Shown: positions 10,385 through 20,997, numbered from the stretch's first letter. The stretch: DNA of 64,000 bases from an uncultured Verrucomicrobiae bacterium (GCA_963836755.1 CAWIKF010000002.1:1408001-1472000); one strand, 5' to 3'. Notes: generated from the letters alone by a model not told the origin. A program made the numbers and translations.

Positions 10385-12130
10385 ATTACGAAAAGTTTCC
10401 GAGCGTGAGCGTCCCGGACGGCGAAGGCGCATGCGTGCAAGGCTGGGACGCGATTGCCGAACGACTGCGGCTCGCAATCGATGGCAAAGAGGAAGGTAAA
10501 GTAGTTCTCGTGGTCGAGTGCTACACGGGCGTGGACGAAGCCGGAGTGCTGTCGGAATTAGAGTCGCGGCTTACGCCCGCGCTCGTGATCGAAGCGCGAG
10601 AAACTTTGCTGCCGCCCGCGCGCATCGATGAACTCGTCGCGCCATTTCTAGGCGGCGACGATCCGGTTTTTGGATTTCTTTCCGGGCTGGAATTGCCGGC
10701 GTTTTTCGATCGCGCGCGGATTGCGGCGGCTCGCGAAAACATTGATGCCATTCAAAGCGGCCTCGTGCTTGTCGTCGGCTGCGGCGCGCGCTTGATCGCC
10801 GACGGCGACCTCCTCGTTTATGCGGATCTCGCGCGCTGGGAAGCGCAGATGCGTTTTCGCCGAAACGAAATCAGCAATCTCGGCGTCGAGAACCGCACCC
10901 TCGCCGCGAGTCTGCAATACAAGCGCGCGTTTTTTGTCGATTGGCGTGTCTGCGACCGCTGGAAACGCCCACTCATCGCGCAGTGGGATTTTGTTCTCGA
11001 CACGAACGACCCGCGCGCGCCGAAGCTCGCGGAAGGCGAGGCCGTGCGGCGCGGGCTGCGGCACGCCACGACCCGGCCGTTTCGCGTGGTGCCCTTTTTC
11101 GATCCCGCGCCGTGGGGCGGTCAATGGATGAAGGAACATTGCGGCCTCGATCCCAGCGCCGAAAAATTACGGCTGGTGCTTCGACGGCGTGCCGGAGGAA
11201 AACAGCCTGCTCCTCGCGTTCGGCGAAACGCGCGTGGAAATTCCTTCGCTCGACCTGGTTTTCGCGCACCCGCGCGAGCTGCTAGGCGAGGCCGTCCATG
11301 CGCGCTTCGGCGACGAATTTCCGATTCGCTTCGATTTCCTCGACACGATGGGCGGCGGCCATCTCTCGTTCCAGGTGCATCCGCTCACGGAATATATCCA
11401 GCAGCATTTCGGCATGCATTACACGCAGGACGAGAGCTACTACATGCTCGATGCCGGACCTGGCGCGAGCGTTTATCTCGGGTTAAAAACGGGCATCGAT
11501 CCCGCGGAAATGTTGCGCGACCTCGAGACGGCGCAACGCGGCGGCGCGCCGTTTCCCGCCGAGAAACACGCAAATGTTTTCCCCGCGAAAAAGCACGATC
11601 ACTTCCTCATTCCCGCCGGCACGGTGCATTGCAGCGGCGCGGAATCGATGGTGCTCGAGATCAGCGCGACGCCTTACATTTTCACTTTTAAAATGTGGGA
11701 CTGGGGCCGACTCGGCCTCGATGGCAAACCGCGCCCGATCCATCTCCGGCACGGCGCTGCGAACATTCAATGGGACCGCACGACGGAATGGACCGAGCGA
11801 AATCTCGTAAACTGCTTCGTCCCGGTCGCGGAGGGCGATGGCTGGCGCGAAGAGCGCACCGGCTTGCACGAGCGCGAGTTCATCGAGACGCGGCGGCATT
11901 GGTTTACAAAAACTGTCCCGCACCACACGCACGGCGGCGTCAATATGCTGAACCTCGTCGAGGGCGCGGAAGCCGTGGTCGAAAGTCCGGCGGGCGCGTT
12001 TGCGCCGTTCGTCGTCCATTACGCGGAAACTTTCATCGTCCCCGCCGCGGTCGGCGCCTACACGATTCGCCCGCACGGCCCGGCTGTCGGCCACGAATGC
12101 GCGACGATGAAAGCCTTCGTCCGCACATAA
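10381..12130 (+). CDS. Class I mannose-6-phosphate isomerase-like protein, frameshifted at ~11165
   Basis: PFFDPAPWGGQW in one frame; NYGWCFD, LSFQVHP, YTQDESYY, IPAGTVH in the next; one extra A in GAAAAATT. Confidence 0.85.
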
Positions 12131-12139
12131 ACATCCGTC

Positions 12140-14560
12140 GTGGAAAGCAGCTCCGCTTCACGCTTCTTTCCGATCATCGGGATCAAAGTTCTCGCACTTT
12201 GCTTTGCAATCATCGCCAGCTCGATCGCCAGCGCCGCGACGACGCCCGCGGACTACGTGAACGTTTTCACCGGCAAAGGCGGCGCGCGCTGGATGTATGG
12301 GCCGGGCCCATGGATGCCGAACAGCATGGTCAAGCTCGCGCCTGACAACAAAGTCCAAGGCTACCGTTCCGGTTACGATTGCAGCTACAAAGCCATCAAC
12401 TGTTTCAGCCACATCCACGAATGGACGATGGCCGGGCTGGGGATGATGCCGACGGTCGGCCCGCTGCGCACGCACGCGGGGTTGGGCGAAGCGGATTACG
12501 GCTCGCACTTTGACGCGGACACGGAGCATGGCGGCATCGGGTTTTACGACGTATTGCTGAAGGAGAGCGGCATCAAGGTGGAGCTCACGGCCACCACGCG
12601 GGCCAGTTTGCAGCGCTACACTTTTCCCGCGAGCGATCAGGCGCGCGTGCTTTATCCGTTCATGATCCCGAACGAATACGCAATGCATATTCTCAGCGCG
12701 ACGGTGCGCCGGACAGGGCCTGATGAAATCGAGGGCACGGTCCAGACCGATATGCCAGAACCCGGTTACGTGGGAGACCAAAGGTTTGACCTGCACTTCG
12801 TTTCCCAGTTCAGCAAGCCGTTTGCGACCTTGGGCGGTTGGGAAAATGTGGCGGGCAAGGATGTCGAGATTCCACCGAAGGGATTGCGCCCGGCCGCGGA
12901 ATTGAACGGCTGGAAAGGCGGCAAAGTTCTCAACGATGTAAAAACGCTCGATCTCTCCGGCGACTGCGGGGCCTTCGTCACTTTCAAAACGAAAGCTGGC
13001 GAACAGCTCGAAGTCCGCACCGGCATCTCGCTGGTCAGCGTGGAAGACGCGCGGCTGAATCTCGAGCAGGAGCTTGCGAAACCCTTCGGCTGGAACTTTG
13101 ACGCAGTCGTCCAAAACCAGCGGAAAGTTTGGAACAACCTCTTCGACCGCATCGAAATCGAAACGCCAGACGCCCGCGAAAAAGTCCGCTTTTACTCCAG
13201 CCTTCATCGCGCATTTGCAGGGCGCAACACCTGGAGCGACGTCAACGGCAAATGGATCGACCCCTTCGGGCGCCCGCAGCAGCTCACCGATCCCGACGCG
13301 GTCATGCTCGGCTCCGACGCGCTCTGGACGACGTTCTGGAACCTGAACCAGTTGATGAATCTCATCGCGCCAGAGTGGTCGATGCGATGGACAAATTCCG
13401 AGCTGCAGCTTTACGACAAATGCGGTTGGCTCGCGAAAGGCCCCGCCGGGTTGAAATACATCGCCGTCATGGTGGCCGAGCATGAAATCCCGCTGATGGT
13501 CGCCGCGTATCAACACGGTCTTTCGGTGGATGGGGCAAAAATTTTGGAAGCCGCCGTCAAAATGCAGACGACGCTGCCCCAGCGAAACCTTCCTGGCGGC
13601 GGCGCCGCGGGGAATGCGAACCTCGCGCCTTATCTCAAATACGGCTACGTGCCGGATGACGGCCCGCGCGGGCCGGGCGGCGGTTACGGCTGGGACAAGG
13701 GCTACTCTTCCAACACCTACGAGTATGCCTATGACGACTGGTGCGTGGCGCAACTCGCGCTCGCGCTCGGCCGCAAGGAAATCGCGCGCGACTTCCTCAA
13801 GCGCTCGCAAAACTGGCGCAACCAGTTCGACGCCGCCATCGGCTACGCGCGTCCCCGCAAGATGAGCGGCGAATGGGTCACCCCTTTCGACGAATACAAA
13901 ACCGGCGGCTTCGCCGAGAGCGACGCCTGGCAATACACCTGGTTCGTCCCGCAGGATGTGCCGGGGCTCATCGAGGCGATGGGCCGCGAGCGTTTCATCA
14001 GCCGGCTCGATGCAGGTTTTCAAAGCTCGGTGCGCAGCCGGTTCAATGGCGGCGGCCGCTCCGCCGTCAACCACGGCAACGAACCGGCGATGCAAGTCTC
14101 GTGGCTCTTCAATTGGGCCGGCACGCCGTGGCTCACGCAGAAATGGGTGCGCGCCATCCTCCAGCGATACTATGGCTACACGCCCGCCGACTTTTATCTC
14201 GGCGACGAGGATCAGGGCCAGATGAGCTCCTGGTTCGTCATGTCCTCCATGGGACTTTTTGAAATGGACGGCGGCTGCCGGCCCCATCCCGTGTATGAAA
14301 TCAGCGCGCCGCTTTACCCGAAAATCACCCTCCACCTCGCTGCGATCAAAAACGAGCCGCGGAAAGATTTCGTCATCGAGGCGCCGAACGCCTCCCCGGC
14401 CAACTGCTACATCCAATCGGCAACCCTCGATGGAAAACCGCTCAACCAGTGGTGGATCGCGTGGCAGGACGTGGTCAAAGGCGGCAAACTCGTGCTCGAC
14501 CTCGGCCCCGAGCCGAGCGAAAAATGGGCGAAAGACTGCCCGCTCCCGCCGGTGGAGTAG
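12140..14560 (+). CDS. GH92 alpha-mannosidase, secreted
   Basis: Signal peptide; YEYAYDDW, ESDAWQYTWFVPQD, HGNEP, GDEDQGQMSSW. Confidence 0.93.
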   Translation: MESSSASRFFPIIGIKVLALCFAIIASSIASAATTPADYVNVFTGKGGARWMYGPGPWMPNSMVKLAPDNKVQGYRSGYDCSYKAINCFSHIHEWTMAGLGMMPTVGPLRTHAGLGEADYGSHFDADTEHGGIGFYDVLLKESGIKVELTATTRASLQRYTFPASDQARVLYPFMIPNEYAMHILSATVRRTGPDEIEGTVQTDMPEPGYVGDQRFDLHFVSQFSKPFATLGGWENVAGKDVEIPPKGLRPAAELNGWKGGKVLNDVKTLDLSGDCGAFVTFKTKAGEQLEVRTGISLVSVEDARLNLEQELAKPFGWNFDAVVQNQRKVWNNLFDRIEIETPDAREKVRFYSSLHRAFAGRNTWSDVNGKWIDPFGRPQQLTDPDAVMLGSDALWTTFWNLNQLMNLIAPEWSMRWTNSELQLYDKCGWLAKGPAGLKYIAVMVAEHEIPLMVAAYQHGLSVDGAKILEAAVKMQTTLPQRNLPGGGAAGNANLAPYLKYGYVPDDGPRGPGGGYGWDKGYSSNTYEYAYDDWCVAQLALALGRKEIARDFLKRSQNWRNQFDAAIGYARPRKMSGEWVTPFDEYKTGGFAESDAWQYTWFVPQDVPGLIEAMGRERFISRLDAGFQSSVRSRFNGGGRSAVNHGNEPAMQVSWLFNWAGTPWLTQKWVRAILQRYYGYTPADFYLGDEDQGQMSSWFVMSSMGLFEMDGGCRPHPVYEISAPLYPKITLHLAAIKNEPRKDFVIEAPNASPANCYIQSATLDGKPLNQWWIAWQDVVKGGKLVLDLGPEPSEKWAKDCPLPPVE

Positions 14561-14569
14561 CCCGGGAGA

Positions 14570-14758
14570 GAACAAACCGCTCCTCGGAGCGAACGAATGG
14601 CTCCTCGGAACGGAGGAATGGCTGGCGGGAGCGGATGAACCGTTCCTCGGAGCGAACGGACCGCGCTTGGGAGCTGACGAACCGCTCTCCGGGGTGAACG
14701 GACCGCGCTTCGGAGCGGACGGACCGCGCTTCGGGGTAAACCGATGGCGCTTCGGCCT
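14570..14758 (+). repeat. Degenerate 21-bp tandem repeat, 9 units
   Basis: Units such as GAACGGACCGCGCTTCGGAGC at exact 21-bp period, intergenic. Confidence 0.85.
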
Positions 14759-14849
14759 CTGCCGATCACTCCATCCGGTGGCGAGGCGCGAGATAAGGCA
14801 TTGCAAAGCCGCGCGCCGCTTTTAAATTAGCGGCCCGTTTTTACAGGCC

Positions 14850-16463
14850 ATGATCGAAATCAATCCTAACTTTGCCGCCGTCAAACAGGGGCTCATCCCG
14901 CTCACGCCTCAGGAAAAATTGAAGCAGGAAAAAGATGCGCTCGATGTCATCCACGACATTTATCGCTACGCGAAAACCGGCTTCGCCTCGATCGCCGAGG
15001 ATGATTTTGAGCGGATGAAATGGTATGGCGTCTATCGGCAAAAGCCGAAGGACAGCGGCTATTTCATGATGCGGACCAAAGTCCCCGGCGGCCAGCTCAC
15101 GGGCGCGCAGGCAAAGGTTTTGTCGAGCCTCGCGGATCAATACGGACACGGCTTTTGCGACATCACCACGCGGCAGACCATCCAGATGCATTGGCTGCGC
15201 ATCGAGGATTTCCCGGACATTTTCGCGCAGCTGAAAGCGGTCGGCATCACGACCAGCGGCGCGTGCGGCGATGACACGCGCAACGTCGTCGGCTGCCCGG
15301 TCTGCGGCATCGATCCGGAGGAAATCATCGATGCGACCGACGTGCTGCACGAGGTCAGCGCGCACATGACGGACAATCGCGAATTTTCAAACCTGCCGCG
15401 CAAATACAAAATCAGCGTCAGCGGCTGCTGCATCCGTTGCGCGCAGCCGGACATCAATTGCTGCTCGGTCTTCGGACTCAGGCGCGGCGACGAAGCGGGC
15501 TACGGCATCATGGTCGGCGGCGGACTTTCCTCCGCGCCGCACCTCGCGCAGACGCTGCCGTTTTTCATCCGGCCGGAGCAGGTCTGGCCGGTGGTGAAAG
15601 CAGTGAGCGAAATCTTTCGCGATGAAGGTTATCGCGCGAAGCGGACGCGCGCGCGGTTCAAGTTTCTCGTCGCCGATTGGGGCGTGGAAAAAATGGCGGC
15701 GGCTGTGCGGGAGAAGCTCGATTTCCAGCTCGACTCGCACACGGATTTTCCCGTTCCGCGCGACCAGGAGACCGATCACCTCGGCATTCACGCGCAGAAA
15801 CAGCCGGGACTTTTTTGGATCGGCGTCAACTTTGCCGGCGGTCGCGTGCGCGAGGGGCAACTGGCCCTCGTCGGCGAGCTCGCGGCGAAACATTGCGCGC
15901 CCGGCAAAGATGCGATCCGGCTCACCGCGAAGCAAAATCTTCTCATCCTCAATGTGCCGGAAGCGAACATTCCCGCGCTCAAGGCCGACCTCGATGCGCA
16001 CGGACTTGTTTATGAATCGTCAAACTTCCGCAAAGGATGCGTGAGCTGCACCGGCATCGAGTTTTGCAATCTCGCCATCGCCGAGACGAAAAACAGGATG
16101 ATAAACCTCGTCCAACAACTGGAAACGACGAGCGGCTGGTATAAAGACAAAATCCGCATCCACTTTTCCGGCTGCCCGTCGAGCTGCGGCCAGCATCAGA
16201 TTGCCGACATCGGCTTCCGCGGCGCGCGCACGAAAGTCAACGGCGAGCAGGTCGATGCCTTCGACGCCTTCATCGGCGGCCGGCTCGGCGTGAACCGGCG
16301 GTTCAACGAATTGCTGAAGGGAAAGATCATCGCAAAGGATGTCCACCTTTTCATCGACAAGCTGCTGCGCATCTTTGACGCGAAGAAAATCGACGGCGAA
16401 AACTTCGCGGAGTTCTGCGATCGCGTGCCGAAGGAGGAGATCCTCGCCGCGCTCAACGCGTGA
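14850..16463 (+). CDS. Siroheme nitrite/sulfite reductase hemoprotein
   Basis: TTRQTIQ.H, LPRKYKI, CTGIEFCN and SGCPSSCGQH motifs. Confidence 0.92.
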   Translation: MIEINPNFAAVKQGLIPLTPQEKLKQEKDALDVIHDIYRYAKTGFASIAEDDFERMKWYGVYRQKPKDSGYFMMRTKVPGGQLTGAQAKVLSSLADQYGHGFCDITTRQTIQMHWLRIEDFPDIFAQLKAVGITTSGACGDDTRNVVGCPVCGIDPEEIIDATDVLHEVSAHMTDNREFSNLPRKYKISVSGCCIRCAQPDINCCSVFGLRRGDEAGYGIMVGGGLSSAPHLAQTLPFFIRPEQVWPVVKAVSEIFRDEGYRAKRTRARFKFLVADWGVEKMAAAVREKLDFQLDSHTDFPVPRDQETDHLGIHAQKQPGLFWIGVNFAGGRVREGQLALVGELAAKHCAPGKDAIRLTAKQNLLILNVPEANIPALKADLDAHGLVYESSNFRKGCVSCTGIEFCNLAIAETKNRMINLVQQLETTSGWYKDKIRIHFSGCPSSCGQHQIADIGFRGARTKVNGEQVDAFDAFIGGRLGVNRRFNELLKGKIIAKDVHLFIDKLLRIFDAKKIDGENFAEFCDRVPKEEILAALNA

Positions 16464-16582
16464 GCTGAAAACAATCGTCAAATTCGCGGAACCAGCGGGG
16501 AAAGCCGGGGTTGGATTGACTGTCGCCGCGATTCATCCCCACCGGATGCATCGCGAAGACAGCAAACAAACAAACATCGAAT

Positions 16583-17002
16583 ATGAAAAAACTGACATTA
16601 GTTCTCACCACACTCGCGGCAGGCGCGGGCTTCGCCTTTGCGGCGGATGAAACCACACCCTCTTCGTCTCCCACCGCTCCGTCCTCGGAACATGGCGAGC
16701 ACGGCCCGGGACACCCGCACCGGTCTCCTGAAGAAATCTTCAAGAAACTGGACACCAATAACGACGGCAAAGTCAGCCTCGAGGAATTCAAGGCGAGCCC
16801 GATGGCGCAAAAGAATCCCGAAAAGGCCGAGGAGCGGTTTAAGAAAATCGACACCGATCATGACGGCTCTTTGACGCTGGAGGAATTCAAAGCTGGTCGT
16901 CCTCCGGGCGGCCCCGGCGGCGGCCCTGGCCATCATCATCATGACGATGACGGCAATAAAGGCTCGGCCACTTCTACCCCGAGCGGGGATGCGAAACAGT
17001 AG
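16583..17002 (+). CDS. Secreted EF-hand protein
   Basis: Signal peptide; DTNNDGKVSLEE and DTDHDGSLTLEE. Confidence 0.88.
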   Translation: MKKLTLVLTTLAAGAGFAFAADETTPSSSPTAPSSEHGEHGPGHPHRSPEEIFKKLDTNNDGKVSLEEFKASPMAQKNPEKAEERFKKIDTDHDGSLTLEEFKAGRPPGGPGGGPGHHHHDDDGNKGSATSTPSGDAKQ

Positions 17003-17038
17003 ATCGAGTTAACCGCGGTTCATTCCGCGAAAAACTGG

Positions 17039-17073
17039 GAGCCGTCCGGTCAATCCGGGCGGCTCTTTTTTTT
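17039..17073 (+). terminator. Intrinsic terminator
   Basis: GAGCCGTCCGG-tcaat-CCGGGCGGCTC followed by T8. Confidence 0.85.
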
Positions 17074-17078
17074 GCGCG

Positions 17079-18050
17079 CTAATCTTCGTAGCCGCGCGGA
17101 TGCGCCACGTGCCACGCCCATGCGCTCTCGACGATTTTGTCGATGCTCTGGAACTTCGGCTGCCAGCCGAGCTCGCGCGCAATTTTTTCCGAGCTCGCGA
17201 TGAGCCGCGGCGGATCGCCCGGACGGCGCGGCTTTTCTATGACGGGAATTTCCTTGCCCGTCACCCGCTCGCACGCGGCGATCACCTCGCGCACGCTCGT
17301 GCCGCCGCCGGTGCCGAGATTGTAAAACGCGCTTTGCGTCGCGCCGAGCGCCAGCGTGTGCGCCTGCGCCAGATCGACGATGTGGATGTAATCGCGAATG
17401 CACGTCCCGTCCGGCGTTTCATAATCCGTCCCGTAAATCTCCACGTGCGGCTTTTGCCCGAGCGCGACCTTCAGCACATTCGGGATCAAATGCGTCTCGC
17501 ACCGATGATCCTCGCCATATTTTTCCGTCGCGCCCGCCGCATTGAAATACCGCAGCGCCACGAACCGCAGCGCGTGGATCTCGTCATACCAGCGCAGCAC
17601 TTTCTCGAACATCAGCTTCGACTCGCCGTAGGGATTGATCGGCCGCTGCGGCAAAGTTTCATCGATCGGCACCCGCTCCGGCGGACCGAACGTCGCGCAG
17701 GTCGAGCTGAAAACGAACCGCTTCACGCCAAATTCCAGCATCGCGTCCAGCAGGTTCAATCCGCCGTAAACATTATTGCGAAAATACTTCGACGGATTCT
17801 CCATCGACTCGCCCACCAGCGCGTTCGCGGCGAAATGCATCACCGCCTCCGGCTTCGTCTCGCGCATCGCATCGGCGATCGACGCGCGATCCTGCAGCTC
17901 GCCCACGATCAGCGTCGCGCGCGGATCGATTGCGTTGCGATGCCCCTCCGTGAAATTATCGAAAACAGTGACGGCATGGCCGAGGTCGAGGAGCTGCTCC
18001 ACGCAAATACTGCCGATGTAGCCGGCGCCGCCGGTGACGAGGATTTTCAT
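17079..18050 (-). CDS. galE: UDP-glucose 4-epimerase
   Basis: GGAGYIGS, PYGESK, LRYFNAAGA, DGTCIRDYIH. Confidence 0.95.
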   Translation of the reverse strand: MKILVTGGAGYIGSICVEQLLDLGHAVTVFDNFTEGHRNAIDPRATLIVGELQDRASIADAMRETKPEAVMHFAANALVGESMENPSKYFRNNVYGGLNLLDAMLEFGVKRFVFSSTCATFGPPERVPIDETLPQRPINPYGESKLMFEKVLRWYDEIHALRFVALRYFNAAGATEKYGEDHRCETHLIPNVLKVALGQKPHVEIYGTDYETPDGTCIRDYIHIVDLAQAHTLALGATQSAFYNLGTGGGTSVREVIAACERVTGKEIPVIEKPRRPGDPPRLIASSEKIARELGWQPKFQSIDKIVESAWAWHVAHPRGYED

Positions 18051-18104
18051 CGCCGTGCTTTGTCACCGCTTTCGCCCGCGGCGTCAAGGGGTTTGGGCGT
18101 GGCC

Positions 18105-18250
18105 AGTCATCAGTATTCAGTGCGTCAGTAGTCAGTGCGTCAGTAGTCAGTGCGTCAGTAGTTAAAGGCGTCAAGCCGCGCGAGTCTGACTGACCACTGA
18201 TTACTGGCAACTGATTACTGACTACTGGAAACTGGAAACTGGAAACGGAA
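18105..18250. repeat. Short tandem repeats (15-bp then 7-bp units)
   Basis: AGTGCGTCAGTAGTC x3, then ACTGATT/ACTGGAA-type units in opposing CAGT/ACTG orientation. Confidence 0.8.
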
Positions 18251-18348
18251 ATGCCTAAAAGCAAATCGAGCACTTTCTCCTCGCCACCCGTCTCACCGGT
18301 ATTCAAGATCCCCCCATGCGCCGCCTTTCAAAACGGCTACCAGAGAAT

Positions 18349-18389
18349 TTGCAAGAAATAGACTGCGCGCCGTCTAATACTCGTTAGGC
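18349..18389 (+). promoter_or_regulatory. attI-like site with possible cassette promoter
   Basis: GTCTAA-tactc-GTTAGGC heads the array with no attC palindrome; TTGCAA-N18-TCTAAT overlaps it. Confidence 0.6.
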
Positions 18390-18406
18390 GTATTTCGCAC
18401 CGCTCC

Positions 18407-18778
18407 ATGACAACCACGTCGCAACAAGCAGTCGTGACCTGCGCCGACAGCGTCAGCGTTATCTATAGCGAGTTTGGTATCTTGAAGACGGTTGTAGCTG
18501 CTATCACGTTCGTTGGCTTTGTGTTTCTTGGTCTGTGGATGCACGCTCTTTGGCTCGGAGTCGTCGGCATCCTTCTTATCGCGAGCTTCCTCGTTGTGCC
18601 GCACGTTTTCCGTATCCATCGCTTTCTGAGTTCGCTCCCATGTCCGGTCTGCGGTTTACCGGCCGGGAGATATATTTCGAGGATCTCCAGAATCTATATT
18701 CGGTGCAAGCATTGCGGGCACGAAGCTCCAACTGATTGCAAGTTCCTTTACGCCGGAGGACCACCGATTAAGCTATGA
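18407..18778 (+). CDS. Cassette 1: 2-TM protein with Zn ribbon
   Basis: Hydrophobic hairpin, CPVC and CKHC; lies between attI-like site and attC1. Confidence 0.7.
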   Translation: MTTTSQQAVVTCADSVSVIYSEFGILKTVVAAITFVGFVFLGLWMHALWLGVVGILLIASFLVVPHVFRIHRFLSSLPCPVCGLPAGRYISRISRIYIRCKHCGHEAPTDCKFLYAGGPPIKL

Positions 18779-18800
18779 CTCACCCGACGCAACCCAATAC

Positions 18801-18918
18801 GCCTAACCATGCGATGCAGCTAACAGGCTCCGCGCGTCACGGTAGCTGCTCCCCGCAGACCCGCCACGGCAGCTACCGCGCCGCGCTCCGCCTGTAGCTG
18901 ATCTTGTTCTCGTTAGGC
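18801..18918 (+). mobile_element. attC site 1
   Basis: GCCTAAC...GTTAGGC, 118-bp imperfect palindrome. Confidence 0.92.
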
Positions 18919-18923
18919 ACCTA

Positions 18924-19598
18924 ATGCACGTTCCACCACATGCGAATCGGACGCCGGAACAAATCGTCGATGGCAAACGACTCTTCGATTCTGCGTGGCA
19001 TTTTTGGCAGGCGCTTTCTTGGTTCGACCACGCCAAACGCAAGACCAACATTACAGCCCTCCAATATGCCGCCCTCGAACTTCGCCTCGGCATCGAACAC
19101 CTCTGGTTCGACATCATCGTTACTGCTGTCGGCGGCAAATTGGACATCCGTGAGTATTCCCGCTGCAAGGGCGACTCCACCAAGATGTATAAGGTTCTCG
19201 ACCGCCTTTCCCCCGACCAAGCGAAACTCGTTCGCTTCACCAATATCTCTGGATCGCTCGACCCCAATCAACCGCCGCTCATCGAATGGGACATCCCACG
19301 GCTCAAACGACTTCACGGAGAGACTTCCCAGTATCTGCACTTTCTTGGCATCCCCCCCGAAACCACCGACAGCCCCAAATGGTTTGTCGCGGCGCTCACG
19401 CTACTTGAGACAGGCGCGGATTACATTTGGCACCACCTTACGACCGCCCGCACGGGCCAACTCAACATCGACTCGATGCCACCCGAGGTTCGAAATACTT
19501 GGGAGGCTTTTCGAGTCGGTCAGCTCGACGAGGATTCAGTCCGCACTCGACTGCAACTCGCTCAACCCGTTCTCCGCAAGCGAAGGCGCGGCGCCTAA
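18924..19598 (+). CDS. Cassette 2: hypothetical protein
   Basis: 224-aa ORF whose stop codon lies in the attC2 inverse core. Confidence 0.75.
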   Translation: MHVPPHANRTPEQIVDGKRLFDSAWHFWQALSWFDHAKRKTNITALQYAALELRLGIEHLWFDIIVTAVGGKLDIREYSRCKGDSTKMYKVLDRLSPDQAKLVRFTNISGSLDPNQPPLIEWDIPRLKRLHGETSQYLHFLGIPPETTDSPKWFVAALTLLETGADYIWHHLTTARTGQLNIDSMPPEVRNTWEAFRVGQLDEDSVRTRLQLAQPVLRKRRRGA

Positions 19599-19715
19599 CC
19601 ATGCGCTGCAGCGAACCGCTCCGGGCGTCACGGTAGCTGCTTCCAGCCACCGCCTTTCCCCACCATGCAGCTACCGCGCCGCCCTCCGCAGTCGCTGAGC
19701 TTGGGGTCGTTAGGC
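19593..19715 (+). mobile_element. attC site 2
   Basis: GCCTAACCATGCGCTGCAGCGA...TCGCTGAGCTTGGGGTCGTTAGGC. Confidence 0.92.
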
Positions 19716-19735
19716 GGTGCTCGCGCCATCTGCTA

Positions 19736-20269
19736 ATGCAACGAACGTTCTACGCAACTGCTGATGACCTTCTTCCCGTCTTCGAGCGCGTCGAGAAGCG
19801 ACACAGCCTCGCCTACACGCTTCGTGGCCTTTTCGAGTCACCCACGCTCACAACCGTCATGTCTGGCGCTGCCATTCCCACCCTTCACGCGCCTGCTCCG
19901 ATGTCGAGCGCATCGGGCTGCCATCACTATCTTGCCACTCCGTCCACTGCCTCAGTCCATCTTCGCGAGGTGCCACAGGTCCGCGGCGGCATCCGATACA
20001 CGTTCGATCAGGCTACTACGCCGGATAGCGTCGAGGTTACGCCGGGCGGTTTTTATCGTCCCGACGTGTTGCTCTATGGTCGGGTCGCCACCATTTCGAC
20101 CACCGTGTTCTCCAAGCAGGTGTATCGCGCATTCGCGTCCGCCATCGCAGCTCAGTTTGTTCGCATCCGCGCGTTCTATGTCGGCCCGCAGGCGGCAGAG
20201 TTATTCCATCGCGGCTGCCGTCTTACTATCGGCGCAGACTCACCAACAGAATACGATTTGGCCGCATGA
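19736..20269 (+). CDS. Cassette 3: hypothetical protein
   Basis: 177-aa ORF filling attC2-attC3. Confidence 0.75.
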   Translation: MQRTFYATADDLLPVFERVEKRHSLAYTLRGLFESPTLTTVMSGAAIPTLHAPAPMSSASGCHHYLATPSTASVHLREVPQVRGGIRYTFDQATTPDSVEVTPGGFYRPDVLLYGRVATISTTVFSKQVYRAFASAIAAQFVRIRAFYVGPQAAELFHRGCRLTIGADSPTEYDLAA

Positions 20270-20285
20270 GCAATCAGACCGCAAC

Positions 20286-20403
20286 GCCTAACAATGCGCT
20301 GCAGCGAACTGTTCCGGGCCGTCACGCCTGCTGCTCCCGGCAGAGCCCACCGCGCAGCAGTCATGCCGTCCCTCCGCAGTCGCTGAGCTTGGAGGCGTTA
20401 GGC
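20286..20403 (+). mobile_element. attC site 3
   Basis: GCCTAACAATGCGCTGCAGCGA...TCGCTGAGCTTGGAGGCGTTAGGC. Confidence 0.92.
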
Positions 20404-20417
20404 GTCGCTCGCCGCTC

Positions 20418-20915
20418 GTGCTAATGAACATCGAAATCCGACAAGCCGAGGTTCGAGATACCGAGCGAGTTTCGAGCGTTCTTATCGAGGCAGCGGATTG
20501 GCTTCGAGAGCGCGGCATTCCGATGTGGCGCGCTGACGAGTTAGCTCCAGACCGCATTACCTCCGACGTTGTCCGTGGAGACTTCTTTGTTGCGGAGTCT
20601 GGCGACGAGATTGCAGGCACCGTGAAGTTCCAGCTACAGGACGACCTCTTTTGGCCGGACACTTCCGCAGACGAGGCAGCTTTTATCCATCGCCTCGCAG
20701 TGCGGCGTTCATACGCTGGCGGACACATTTCCGGCGCGCTGCTACGGTGGGCGACAGACCGGGCACGCAGTTACCATCGGCGCTATCTCCGTCTCGACTG
20801 CGAGGCATCGCGGCCTCGACTCAGGGCGGTTTACGAGCGATTCGGATTCCGCCATCACAGCGACCGACAGGTCGGGCCATACTTGGTCGCCCGCTACGAA
20901 CACGAACTTCAATGA
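20418..20915 (+). CDS. Cassette 4: GNAT acetyltransferase
   Basis: IHRLAVRRSYAGG, LRLDC...LRAVYERFGF. Confidence 0.9.
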   Translation: MLMNIEIRQAEVRDTERVSSVLIEAADWLRERGIPMWRADELAPDRITSDVVRGDFFVAESGDEIAGTVKFQLQDDLFWPDTSADEAAFIHRLAVRRSYAGGHISGALLRWATDRARSYHRRYLRLDCEASRPRLRAVYERFGFRHHSDRQVGPYLVARYEHELQ

Positions 20916-20928
20916 CTCCAACCGCAAC

Positions 20929-20978
20929 GCCTAACCATGCGCTGCAGCGACGGCTGCGGCTGTCACGCTGGCTGCTCC
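20929..20978 (+). mobile_element. attC site 4, left half (interrupted by prophage)
   Basis: GCCTAACCATGCGCTGCAGCGACGGC...TGGCTGCTCC; complementary arm is at 60424-60491. Confidence 0.9.
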
Positions 20979-20997
20979 TGTAACCACGCGAAATTAT

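Noticed and set aside
14570..14758. CRISPR array
   Set aside because: Degenerate 21-bp tandem units with no repeat-spacer alternation
12158..14806. 882-aa antisense ORF and similar long shadow ORFs
   Set aside because: Mirror frames of well-supported genes in GC-rich DNA; no motifs
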